Shown piece after piece: positions 12,111-24,360 of a stretch of DNA of 64,000 nt. The DNA comes from Scyliorhinus canicula. Lineage: Eukaryota. The DNA is taken from the NCBI RefSeq assembly GCF_902713615.1, contig NC_052157.1, positions 79,549,411-79,613,410 of the forward strand. The letters are read 5' to 3'. Made by a program: the position numbers and the translations under genes. The notes under the pieces were generated by a model. That model did not search any database. It was not told the DNA's origin and saw nothing but the letters and a program-made list of their open reading frames with translations. Position 1 is the first letter of the stretch. Every line of letters begins with the position of its first letter.

Positions 12111-14864
12111 ATCTAATAAACATACAAATGGTTCCACATTAGCAATGTCGTGACAACAATGCCAACGTTTTCCTTATTTTTCTTGGTTAATTGTTGTGCC
12201 TGACTAGGCGAAATTGCAAAAGATTAACTCACGATTGCCGTTACTGAAAAAGGCGGGTATCTATCGATGTAATTATTCTTTTGCGAAATAAACAGAATCA
12301 CACATTGGCAGTGAGGAAACACATTAGGTTTTGTTAACCCCTGATTTCCGCATCTTTCATTCACTCATTTCATGCTTGAATACAAATTGTCCCTGTTAGT
12401 CTTTGAATCACAGCCAGAATTGTTACAAACGCAGCCGATGTTTATACTCGATGCGAAAATTAGGAGACCCTGCTCCATCGCTCCTGCTGTCGTTCTTTGT
12501 GACTGACAGTCTATTTACTACTAATCGCACCCTAGAAAATTGGTGTCATTCCTGCAACGTATTGCAACAAACAACCGTGGCACATGGAGACACAGGCCAA
12601 TTTTAATCGCAGTTGAAAGGATTCTACAGCGTATAATATACGTTTGGAAGGTGGAAATGCATTTCATCCATTGCAGAGGATATCAGAAGATGCAGACAAG
12701 TCAACCTACGTTGATAATATCCTGCAAGGATGTCAATATAACATTGACCAAAAGGCGAGGTTCCTCCGTTCCTTTTCCCACAGAACGTTAATTGTTGGGG
12801 AGCTGCTTTCTCGCCTTTCCTCTCGGAATCGGATGTCTATGTGCCCACACCGAACTAGACAGCTTTGATGCAATAAACTTGCTGAGGTGCCTCGAGTAAT
12901 GAAGAAACAGAGTTGTAATCATTGCAGCATCGTTCCACAGCTCACTCAGACTTGCAATTTCTTGCGGACTGTCGCTCTCGACAGAATTTACAACGTTAGC
13001 ATTTAAAACTCCCTTCCTGGTGTGAACTTCCTCACGCAGGCTGGGTGAGACTGGAGCCCTGAAGCGAGCACCTGGCTCAATCGCCGTTGAGGAACTGCGG
13101 CGGAGAGAGCAAAGGCACAGCCCCTTTCAATAGAATTTTCTTCTGTCAGGAAGACGTAAAACAGGAAAATTGTCGGCAGCAGGTCCGTTTTGAGGACAGT
13201 AGCTCAGAGCGAAGAAAGAGAGAAAACCAACCGGGAAACCAGAAAGGAAGGAAACCACAAGACAGCGACGTGGAGGGGCAAGGATCAGTCAGGTCAATTT
13301 CAAGGATTGTTGGACAAATTGTGGGTGCAGGGTATAGTCAAACGAAGGAGGCGTTTTTCAACGAATGGATCGAGGCGCACTGCAGCTCGAACTGAATGGG
13401 ATGGAGTGCCCCATGGAAGGAGAAGTGGAAGTGAATTTGGTCAGGAATGGTGTTGTGTCAGTTCGCATCGTGAGACAGCGTCACAGCAGGCCAGAGGATG
13501 ACCTTGAAGTTACTCAGTTATACCTACGGCGAATTCAGACCGGATGAGCGCAGCGTACCGCCAGTTGAGGACATCAGTCCGGAAGCAAGTGAATCATTCC
13601 GCTCGTGGGCGTCTGACATAGAGTGGAACTGTGACGCGTCGCATCGAGAGAAGGTTATCAGACCTGTCAGTGAGGTCAAGCTCAAAAATAGTTGTCTGAA
13701 CAGGTTATAACGGCCGGGACGAGGTCTTGTATATTTGGTGTGTGATCCTCTTAAGCATGCTGTGTATGATATTTTCAGTGTGACGCTGGCTCCGATTGTT
13801 TCAATTCTTGCTCCGCTGTTAGAGCTAATTGTATTTTCTTCGCCCAAATTCCCTCAGTGCAATTAGTAAAACAAAACAGGCAAGATCTTGTCAAGTTAGC
13901 GATTTAAAACGGTTATGATGGATGTGTCCTTTTCCTGAACAATCGACAAGAAGAAGATAGCAGTTTTGGGCCATTGATGGGTAAGCAGTTGAATGGAAAT
14001 TTCCTTGAGTGATTCCCCAGCTCATCATTTGGTTCAACAGGATGATTGGTCCATTGTCTTAACGATAGGATTTGTGCATATCTCAGGTGATTACCATCAG
14101 AAACCAAAAAAAGTCATAACTTTGCGGAGAATCTCGGAAGTTTTCTCTGGTTTGCATGAATATTTAGGTCTCAACCGACAACACAGGAACAATAACAATT
14201 TTCAAGATCACTATCATTAATGCCGAATGCTTCTTTCATAGTGATGTATGGAATATTGCTTCGCCCATTCAATGATCAAAAATGGGAACTCTCTCCATCT
14301 TTTTGTTTTCAACTTAATGTGCTCATTTGGCGCACAACTGCGACTTATGTCACAATTACGACCCATTTCCGAGTAAAGGTGATGTTTATCGTATAACGAC
14401 TTGACTGCAAACTCAATTTCAAATACATTTTGGATTTTTAGAAGTATCCTGATGATCAGTTACGCCCATTCCAGAGTTTCATCAAATATCCAAATCACCT
14501 TTACAAGACTGGCGTATGCCATATAATTTCAAAATCAATCGACAGAATGTGAACCATTATTAGTGATGTAATTTAGGACAGCTGGCAAGGACATTATACA
14601 CAGCAGCGTCCGACAATCAAAAATGCTTAACGGTCAGTACCTGATCGCTTTCAGTCTTATTGCTTGCAGGTTGCACATTGTTCAGGTCAAAGTGTAGAAC
14701 CAATATCCCCTTGTTAAAAAGAGTTTATAGTGCTGTTCTGCAACCATTTAGCAAAGCAGAACAATCCAAAACTGTTGTACCATTTCAGGAACATGGTGAA
14801 GGAGAGTGTTTCCCTTCTTCAGTACTGCGATTTCGGACAGAAACGATTATGTGCATTGATCCAT

Positions 14865-15095
14865 TTTTTTTCCAGCTAAATTTGAAGTAACCAATTCTCT
14901 TTTTCCAGTGAAGTGTTGATTTAGTGTGACCAATCCATCCACCCTGTAGATATTTTGGTTGTGAGTATGAAACCCACGCAGAAATGTGGGGAATATGCCA
15001 TCTGCACACGTGCAGTGACCGGGAAGGGCAGTGATCGATCCCGGGTCCAGAGCGCCGTGAGGTAGCAGTGCTAACCATGGTGCCAGCGTGCCGCG
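14865..15095 (-). mobile_element. tRNA-derived SINE, decayed
   Basis: Minus strand GCGGCACGCTGGCACCATGGTTAGCACTGCTACCTCACGGCGC...GGATCGATC. Confidence 0.8.
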
Positions 15096-15689
15096 TCAGC
15101 TGCGTTTCTTACTGAAGTGCAACTTGCACTTAATTAAATCTGATTCCAACTGATGGGAACTGATAGTCAGCACAAACCTCCATCTGTAGTTAATTCGTAT
15201 TCATTCAAACTAATCCGTCATGAGACTGAAGGGTTCTAAGTCTTCTCTGGTGTTTTCAGAATTCTCCAACATTTGTGATGCTAACTTTAGTTATAATTGA
15301 TGCCTGCATATTGTTACTCGTGCAGGTAAAATTTTAGTAATTATAGTATCTCTATTGCAATTTAACACCATTTAAAAAGTATTCGACCTGAAGTAGCATA
15401 AATTTAGAACAGTTCAAGAACCGCAATTTTTGCTCATGCCGATTTACTTTTTGACATCCGCCTTCTGATGTTTACGAAGTAACTTTCTTTTGATGTCAAA
15501 TTAAACTCTGCATAATTACTGAATTGTATTTGTGTTGTTTTCCTGAGGAAGAAAAGGACCCTTAATGCTAAAGTTTCGGCATTTCCATGGCTTCGAGACT
15601 GACAGATTGACATTCAGTGACTTTAAACATAATTTGCACGTCTTAATTAATCGCGAGTTCGATGTTTAGGAGGCAATATTATTCCTTAC

Positions 15690-15725
15690 CTGTATCACTC
15701 AGAAGTTTCTTCAGAATGAGAACAT
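15690..15725 (-). CDS. 36-nt micro-exon (D)VLILKKLLSDT
   Basis: cccttcgcttttccag|ATGTTCTCATTCTGAAGAAACTTCTGAGTGATACAG|gtaagg; phase 1-1; open frame. Confidence 0.82.
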
Positions 15726-16040
15726 CTGGAAAAGCGAAGGGATAATTTCTATTTTGGCGTATTTTATTAAGGCGCAGTGGCAGGGTATAAGACAATGGCA
15801 CGTCAAAGAGGATGAACTGTGTTGTGACTTACGAATGAGCGTTGAGTTAATTAGAAATAACTATTTTTCTGTAGATTTACATTTTCAACTTCCCAATTAA
15901 TCTCGCACATTCTTATTCGTGTTTTATCGGGTATTTTGACAGTATTAGTAAGTGTGTGGGATTTTGACAGAAAATTATCATTATCGGCAAAACGGCTTTA
16001 TTTCACAATAATCACCCGTAACCTATATTCAGATACTCAC

Positions 16041-16067
16041 GGTAGTTGGTTTTGCAGTTTTTCAACT
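16041..16067 (-). CDS. Possible additional or alternative 27-nt micro-exon (E)LKNCKTNY
   Basis: tgtcctgatctcag|AGTTGAAAAACTGCAAAACCAACTACC|gtgagt; phase 1-1; LxxC motif; but inclusion shifts the heptad register. Confidence 0.35.
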
Positions 16068-16163
16068 CTGAGATCAGGACAACACATTTGTCACTTGAAA
16101 CTTGTCACACCAATAACAACAGTTTTTGAAAAGATTAATCTTTCGGACGGACACCGGGCTTAC

Positions 16164-16190
16164 CTGCCTGACAGACGTTCAACTCATCTT
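16164..16190 (-). CDS. 27-nt micro-exon (E)DELNVCQA
   Basis: tttctttttcttgacaattatag|AAGATGAGTTGAACGTCTGTCAGGCAG|gtaagc; phase 1-1. Confidence 0.82.
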
Positions 16191-16648
16191 CTATAATTGT
16201 CAAGAAAAAGAAACATGACAGCTTTAACAGATTGGTATGAAATAAACAATTATCCACAATTCTTGTAATTTATTCGTACTGAAATCAATTGGAAAGAGAA
16301 GAAATATATCAAATGGAACTTATGTCTATATATTTTGTAAAATACATCGGAGGTTGCTTGATGGCTTGACATCACAAGTTCAACAATAATTGACTGGCAG
16401 AGGTTTCCAGGTGTCAAGATTTCAAAGGCAGTTTATTTTACTTATGAAAAGTCATTATATTGAATACACCGCGTCTCGTTTCTTGAAACGTCAAGTTGGG
16501 ACCTTCAACAGAGAATGCGTTGCACTTCTGTGTAATTTCTTCGGCAAAAGCAAGATCTTTCTCTGTGGATATCTCGCTCAATGATATAATCGAAGAGTTT
16601 CTTGCATTATGTGAAACACTAAATTTATAACGGCATCCCATTCACAGT

Positions 16649-17233
16649 ACAAAGAACAAAGAGAATTACAGCACAGGAACAAGCCCTTCGGCCCTCCCAG
16701 CCTTCGCCGATCCAGATCCTTTATCTCAACCTGTCTCCAATTTTCCAAGGTCTACTTCTCTCTGTTCCCGCCAGCTCATATACCTGTCTAGATGCCTCTT
16801 AAATGATGCTATCGTGCCCGCCTCCACCACCTCCGCTAGTAAAGCGTTCCAGGCACCCACCACCCTCTGCGTAAAAGACTTTCCACGCACATCTCCCTTA
16901 AACTTTCCTCCTCTCGCCTTGAAATCGTGACCCCTTGTAACTGACACCCCCACTCTTGGGAAAAACTTGTTGCTATCCACCCTGTCCATACCTCTCGTAA
17001 TATTGTAGACCTCAATCAGGTCCACCCTCAACCTCCGTCTTTCCAACGAAAACAATTATAAACTACTCAACCTTTCTTCATAGCTAGCACCCTCCATACC
17101 AGGCAAAATCTTGGTGATCCTCCTCTGCCCCCCTCCAAAGCATCCACATCCTTCTGGTAAAGTGGCGACCAGAACTGCACGCAGTATTCCAAATGTGGCC
17201 GAACCAAAGTCCTATACAACTGTAACATGACCT
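16649..17233 (-). mobile_element. 5'-truncated CR1 3' fragment
   Basis: [41 protein letters not shown]; TTCTTTGT-type tail. Confidence 0.92.
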
Positions 17234-17639
17234 GAAGTGTGAGCGTTATAGTAATTATATTAAAAATATGTGTACCAAATAAAATACATTTTAGTGGATC
17301 ATAGCAAAGCTTCGGTTAATTTAACAAGTACAACTGTTGACGGTTAATCCAGAACGTTTTCAACCATTTAGCTAAAATGCTGTCCTCATAATTAATTGAT
17401 AACTTCGGATGAAAAAGTGCGTAATTTATTATTGTTGTTATATTGCCCGGCATTTGAGTCTTGGCATCTGCCTGATGCAGCTGATATCAAATGAATCTAC
17501 CACATGCTGAGCAAAAACGAAGAGCTTCCAGTTCATATAATTGGAGAGGGAAACTTCTTTTCAGCACAATGGCTACTGCATTGCATATGTCCGCACTTTC
17601 AAATATATTTGAGAGTTAACCACGAGTTCATTATCTCAC

Positions 17640-17675
17640 CTGCATGTGTGAGATCTTTAAAAATTTTGCTCCGTT
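17640..17675 (-). CDS. 36-nt micro-exon (x)RSKIFKDLTHA
   Basis: gcattggatttgcag|AACGGAGCAAAATTTTTAAAGATCTCACACATGCAG|gtgaga; phase 1-1; continues the heptad register. Confidence 0.72.
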
Positions 17676-17879
17676 CTGCAAATCCAATGCATTGTTTTTA
17701 GATGTTTATTCAGCGCGGCAGAACTTGCAAGACATTTTCCTCCACGCTTGTCTCCCATAATAAGCAACATATTCAATGTGATGTGATTTTCTGATGTGAC
17801 ACTCGTATGCCAGACAAGATCATATCAAACGACAAAGTTGATAATAACATCAATCATATTTTGATGTTTCAAAGCCAGT

Positions 17880-18103
17880 TTCCCCACCCAATCTGTTTGG
17901 ACACTAAGGGCAACTTAGTATGACCAATCCATCTAACCTGCGCATCTTCTTACTGTGGGAGGAAGCCAGAGCATCCGGAGGAAAACCACGCAGGCACAGG
18001 TGAACGTGCAGACTTCGCACAGGCAGTGACCCAAACCGCGAGTCGTGCCTGGGACCCTGGAACTTGAAGCAACTGTGCTAAGAAACATGCTTCCATACTG
18101 CCC
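17880..18103 (-). mobile_element. tRNA-derived SINE, decayed
   Basis: Minus strand GGGCAGTATGGAAGCATG...CCTCCGGATGCTCTGGCTTCCTCCCACAG. Confidence 0.8.
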
Positions 18104-18559
18104 TTTGTTTCCCCAGAAAAGTATAATTCACTGCGTGATTACTTGAAGCAATCCAGGTCAGCAAAGCAAAACCAAATAAGGAAGCAGCCAATTTAAAGTT
18201 CAGAGCACTTGAAGTTGAACACCATTCATTAAAGGGCTAAGCTTGGCGTTATTGGTTTAATCATGAAAAAACTGCGAAAACGCGTCACCATACTCCACTC
18301 ACCGACAAGTGGACAATTGCTTCCCGACTTTTTAATTTGAAATTTGAACATCGATTTGGTACTTGGTGTCGTGTTTAATAATTTAGTAAACCGTTATGGT
18401 AGCGAATACGCTGTCTCATTCTTTAACTCCAAGCATCCGGTTGAAATTGGTTTCTTTTGAAAAGTCAATATGTTGGGAGTGTGGAAAGGTCCTAGGAAGG
18501 ACAGTCATCCTGGGTAGCAAGTTTGGCACCTCCCACAGGGTAAGGTTTTAATCAACTGG

Positions 18560-19130
18560 GAACTTCTGGTTATAATGTTCATACAGACAAGACTCACAAA
18601 TTGGAGTCAGAGCATATCATTGTTGTTTTGAATCTGCAAAAAGGTTTTCCTGAATCTGTACTACTGAAATGCAAACATGTCCACTTTTGATATGTCAGCA
18701 TTTTTGGGAGATCGGATGGAGTTACACATGGGGACTTATAATCATATCGTTCGAAGAGATAGAAGAGCTATCAATGCACACGAGAGGAAAGATCCTCTCG
18801 AATGTAGAATGTATCCCATTGCAATTCGTCGCCGAATACCGGCATTGCAAACATAACTCGAATCTACGAACATATCTAATTTTTGTGAGCACACAGCAAG
18901 AGCAGAGAGGAGAGATGTAGAACCCAGATATTTAGAACTAAAGAAAGCTAAGCAAATAGAGCTAAACATCAAAGAGAGGACTAGACAAGATGCGTAAGTG
19001 CAAGGAAATCAATGGTTACGTGGAAAGAGCTGGAAAGATGATCTAATGATTATAGGGTGAGCCTTGGTCCGATTGAAAGGCGAGGCAGGCTAAGGCCCCG
19101 AAGGGCCTTCACCTATTCGTTTTCTTGTGT
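18560..19130 (+). mobile_element. Highly decayed CR1 3' fragment
   Basis: Ends in AGGCTAAGGCCCCGAAGGGCCTTCACCTATTCGTTTTCTTGTGTT, similar to the CR1 3' stem-loop and tail. Confidence 0.55.
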
Positions 19131-19239
19131 TGTCATAATTCGTGAATTGGAGGACGACGTTTTCCGAGAAATAAAGCATGACGTTTGAAGATGGTTATGG
19201 GCATGGAAGGTATCCACTCAATTCATGCTCCTGACACGT

Positions 19240-20620
19240 CATGTAAGTTATTGCTGCCTAGTGGGTCAAAATGGAGCAGAGTTTGTGTTGGGGCTCGGGG
19301 CTGAAAGCACTAGCAACAGCGCCTCTCCAGATAGCTCCGGGGAAATACTCAGGGAGTCCTGCATTAATAGCTTCATTGAAAATCTGGAGGCAGTTTCGCC
19401 AACACTTCTGGTTCGGAACAGGGTCAAGGGAAATGCCGATTTTGGGGAACCACAGATTTGAGCCAGGGGGTGGGATGGAAGTTTTCGGAAATGGGAAGAA
19501 AAGGGCATTAAGACGCGCTAAACGATTTGGTTCTTTGGGGTCGGTTTTCAGGATAGAGGGAGCTCGAAGCGACGTATGGGTGGAGCAGGGAGAAGTGTTT
19601 AGATACATGCAGGTTTGGGATTTTGCCAGGAAGGAGATACAGAGGTTCCCGGAGTAACCAGCCTCCACATTGCTGGAGGAGGTGCTGACGACAAGGTGAA
19701 TGGAGAACGAAGCAGTGTGAGTGGTGTACGGAGCTATTTTGGAAAGGTTAAGGCACCACTGGAAGAGATCAAAGCAAAGTGGGAGAATGAGCTGGAAGAA
19801 GATATAGAGAAGGGGGTCTGGTCTGAGGTGCTCCGGAAAGTGAATGCCTCGACCTCATGTGCGAGATTGTGGCTGATACAGCTGAAGGTGATATGGAGAG
19901 CACACCTCACGAGGGAAGGATGCCCCGATGTTTTGAAGGAGTAGACGATGTGTGTGAGCGTTGCGGGGAGGGGGGTGGGGAGGTAATCACGTTCCTATGT
20001 TTTGGTCCTGTCAAAAGCTAAGGGAGTACTGGAAGGAGGATTTTAGGGTAATGTCCAAGGTGTTGCGCGTGAAACTGGACCCGGGTCCCCGGGAGCCCAT
20101 ATTCGGGGTGTCGGACCAGTCAGGGTTGGAAACGGATACGGAGCCAGATGTCGTAGCGTTCGACTCGTTGATCGCCCGAAGGCGTATCCTGCTGGGATGG
20201 AGAGCAGCCTCTCCATCGTGTGCCCTGGTGTGGCGGGGGACATGTTGGAATATTTAACACTTAAGAACGTTACGTTCGAACTGAGGGGAAGCTCGGATGG
20301 GGTTCTACAAGTCATGGGCAATATTTATTATGCACAATCAAGAACTGAGTAACATCGAACATTAGTTGAGGGGGATGGGTGGGAGGGTTGGGGGTGGGGG
20401 GGGGGCTGTGTATATTGAGGATGACTATGGGTAATCCCTGAATCCGTTTTGTCATTTGTTTATGTAAACATGAGTGCTGATGTTTGGGGGTTTGGTGGGA
20501 AGATGGGATCGTTGTTATTGGTATGGGGTTTGACATATTTATTGATGATTATGGTTTGTTGTTTGTGGTTGTAAATTCGGGAGAAAATGTGAAAAAGGAG
20601 GAGAAATGTTTTTAGAAATG
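19240..20620 (+). mobile_element. Older L1 ORF2 C-terminus and 3'UTR, related to the young L1 at 28-35 kb
   Basis: LKALATA, WSEVLRKVNASTSCARL..QLKV..RAHLT, HVPMFWSC, SLIARRRILLGW match the ORF at 33074-34666. Confidence 0.88.
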
Positions 20621-23600
20621 AAAGTTATTCGATGGATTGGTCTAAGAAAGGTCTGGAACAATCCTCCCCCGACTTGTAGCAACACAAGTAATACGGAATA
20701 TTCCAGAGACAATAAAGGAATTGATGGAACCGGTGAGAGATCTGTGTGCAGCAATGAGGGAAGGAGCATTCAAAGAAAGCGTACGGGATGCCATGGAGCT
20801 TGTGCGTGTTCAGTAGCCAAGGAAAGTGAATATAACATGTGTAGTTCGTGGATAAGAAACTTACCCTTGAGTTTATAACGGCCTACATTAGTTTTGCGAA
20901 GTCATCGTTCCTCTAACCGAGACCAGAAGAATATTCACCAGGTAAAAGAAGATAAACTGGACGATGATTTAATGGATATATTTGTTGTTGCAAATTTGTA
21001 CAGGGAACTGGGTAGTTTTGAGACTATGAGCAGATAGTCTGATAAGTACTGCGCCCAGCTGCAGTGCTTCAGGGAGTAGACAAGTGGCACAGAATGACTG
21101 TAGTGTTGTGAACAAGCAAGGTAAACCTTCAGAATGATAAAAAGGCAAACGGAAGGCCAGCTATATTGGTTCCGAATGAGGGTCGAAGTACGCCAATGGT
21201 CTATTTAACAAAGAATTTAAAGACAGGTTTAAATAGTGACGAGTGCGATATCCAAGTCGAGAAGCAGTGCGCGAGGGAGAAAACTCACGAGGTTTAAGAG
21301 AGTCTTGGGAATAAGGAAATGGACGGACATCCGCTTGCGGATGGCTATTTTCCAGGATCCGTGGAACAGATTGGAGGAATGAAATTGTCCAAGAACATAT
21401 TTGCTGCTAATGGTCCAGTACACTGGTCTATGAATGGAATAATTACGACTTCAAAAGGGAACAACAAAAATGCTACACAGACCAGGTAAAACTGCGTGTT
21501 ACTTACTCTAAGCTTCACTAGGCACGTAGCCTAAACTAATCAAATCCCTGTGATTCAAGCTAGCATGAATATTTCCCACAAAACTGGAACATAGGATTCT
21601 ACACATCGGAAAGAACATTTTAACTTGCAAGAACATCGGACCTGTCCTGGGTGAGCAGGAGATCTGTCTGTCTGAAAGCTTCTTTCCTCAGTCCTCCAAT
21701 TCCAGAACTATCAGAAATTTCCAGAACAAATATATTATTGGTGTCACAATTACCTAAACGATTTAAAAATAAACCCAGCAGTGTTGATGGCTTGATAACA
21801 GCTATTCCTACCTAAACCACGTTTCGTAATTTAGCGATTGTTGGAAGGGATACTAATGTATAAAGAGCCGAAGAGGAAAATAACACGCCAGTTTTGCAAA
21901 CCTACAGGGAGCGGACCTCTTGGTTCATATCTACTTGAGTGCATGATAGTTGAGAGGACAAGAAACACGTTTGGAATGTCAAAGGAAAATCCAAATACGC
22001 CGTAATTAAATGTGGACCTGAAATATTCCAAATAGGCTGTGAAGGAGGATGGGAGATGTCCCTGCCCGTCGGCAAGCTATCTGGAGTACAAGCATCGTAA
22101 ATGCACCTCCGCAATGTAAGGAAGAAGAAATTAAGACTACCACAAAGAAGGCAGAATGTGCAGAAATCATTGGGAGAATAGCCACATGCTTAAGCCGCAG
22201 TTACCCTGCCGATACCGATGGAAATAGTCACGCTTTAATGCACAATCAATTCCGTGGTGTTGAAATACTCATTGAAAGAGAGGTGATGGATTCCGAATTC
22301 AGAGATTGGGTGGAAATCAGAGCACAATCCGTTGACTGCCTAGCAATTAGGTCTAACATTTATCAATGCTGAGCAGTCCAGCACAGTTTCACAACCAAAC
22401 TAATTTGCATACTAACTGTCTGAAAAAGAAACCGACCATGGAGGAAGCAGACAAGTAAAACAGGCAAACTAATTTGATACTAGTTCGACCACGGAAAGCT
22501 TCTGGGGCTGGCTGGCGCCCCGACCGAAGGTGATTCTAGGAGCAATAACTTTGAGACCAGGATACAAAAATGATTTTGAAATGGTAAATGAATGTAACCA
22601 ATCGCTTAAAAACAGAACCGAACGAACACTTGAACTATGTGTCCAGGGCCTTATGAAAAATGGGCAAAAATGTGCGACTTGTCCTCGACAAGGGTTCCCC
22701 AATTGTTAGGGGCCACTGTACACCAAATGGCTTCCCAATGTCTTTCAGGCACCTCAAGCATCTTCATATTGTCGACGCCCAATTCACCTTCTGAGAAATA
22801 GTGCGAACAGATCACTCAAATGTAAACAAATTATTTTATAGACGTATGTATGCATATGTTAATATTTTGGAACCGTCACATGCTCTCTTCAATAGAGCAT
22901 CAACAGCACAGACACCGTTCTATGGCATACACACTCTCCATCCTCTCCCACTCTCACACACCGTCACACAAATGCTTACCACTTCTATCACGAATACTTA
23001 TTCCTTCGCTTGGAGACAGTTGTAGCTCTCGCTCACGTTCCCAGTCCTGCTCTGGGTAGCCGCCTATGAGCTCACTTTGTGTCCACACATTCCATACTCG
23101 TAGGGATCGCTTTGCTACCGCAGCCGCACGCTGACCAGTATTATCTCGTTCCGGAGGATATTAGTTCACCTGTACACAAGGCCCGCTTTGCTGACCACGG
23201 GCCATACCTGCCCCCTCCAAAGCACACTCTACAAACCCTCGTCTCCCAGGCGTATCTCCACCCCAGATGACCTGCTGTAACCCTCCACCAAGATTCAGAC
23301 TGGCTTGCCTCACCCCTGCACGGTGCCCAAGGTGATCAGTTCTGCTCCTCCTATGTTCAAGTATCCGTGCTGCGAGTTTCATTCCGAAGCACACTGACCG
23401 AGAACTCTGCTGTTACGCTCGTTGAATAAAAAGCTGTCTCGTTAAATGTCGTCCTCTGACTTCAGGAACAGTTCTGCAGCATGGATACTCCCTGGATTCC
23501 ACAGAGCACATTTGCGTAACTTTGATGCAGGCTAACTGCATTTGTGTTGTTTCAATAGTTATTATTTCTAATGAAAGCAGAATACATCTGGTTTTATTTC

Positions 23601-24139
23601 TGTTAAGATGAGAAATTTCACGATGATGGATCAAACGGCTAAACAACGTACAGACGTTTTGCGCTTGAAAACAGATTTGTTTCATGCAACAAGAAGCAAA
23701 AATGGGTTCTTGTACGAAATCATGTGAACGTATTTTCAGTCATTGCGAAATTGTTGTGTGGATCACTTAAATTGATAGAATGCTGAAATGTCGCATTCCT
23801 TTCCGTTCAAGGATAGGTCAAAATCGGTGGATTTTGTCATGACTCTCCTGCAGCCACAACACAAGTTGTCTCTCAACTCATGCGTGATCGGAGCACCCCA
23901 CCATTTATGTTACGACACGAGCTGCGCTTCCTCACTTTCCAGTGATTCGCAGGAGATGGTGACAAGATGACACCTGCAAATGTGGTCAGTGTGGACGATT
24001 GCTTAGTGTGAGACACAATAAGTTGGGTCTGCAGCAGAGTCATCTGCACGGCCGAGCAACTCCCGACCAACCGCACACCACCTCCACCTCCCAAAACCGA
24101 CATCCACCGAACGTACGCAGATGCACACGCACAAACGAA

Positions 24140-24360
24140 GCGGCATGGTTGTGCAATGTTTAGCATTGCTGCCTCGCAGCGCCGAGGACCCAGGTTCGAC
24201 ACGGCCACGGTGTAACTGTCCTTGTTGAGTTTTCACAATTTCCCAGTGTTTGCAGCGGTCTCGCCCCACGACTCCAAAATATGCACCGTTGGTGAATTGG
24301 CCACGCTAATTTGGACCCTAATTTTAAAAAAGAATTGGGTACTCTAAGTTTGTTTTTTAA
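24140..24360 (+). mobile_element. tRNA-derived SINE
   Basis: GCGGCATGGTTGTGCAATGTTTAGCATTGCTGCCTCGCAGCGCCGAGGACCCAGGTTCGAC (A/B boxes). Confidence 0.82.

Noticed and set aside
15833-15868. 36-nt minus-strand segment with a GTAAGT donor
   Set aside because: Immediate TAG in phase 1 and a weak pyrimidine tract.
18598-18633. 36-nt AG..GT segment on the minus strand
   Set aside because: Stop codon in phase 1, and it lies within a decayed CR1.
22788-22814. 27-nt open phase-1 segment (xICSHYFSE)
   Set aside because: Rare GAG acceptor and no LxxCQ or heptad fit.
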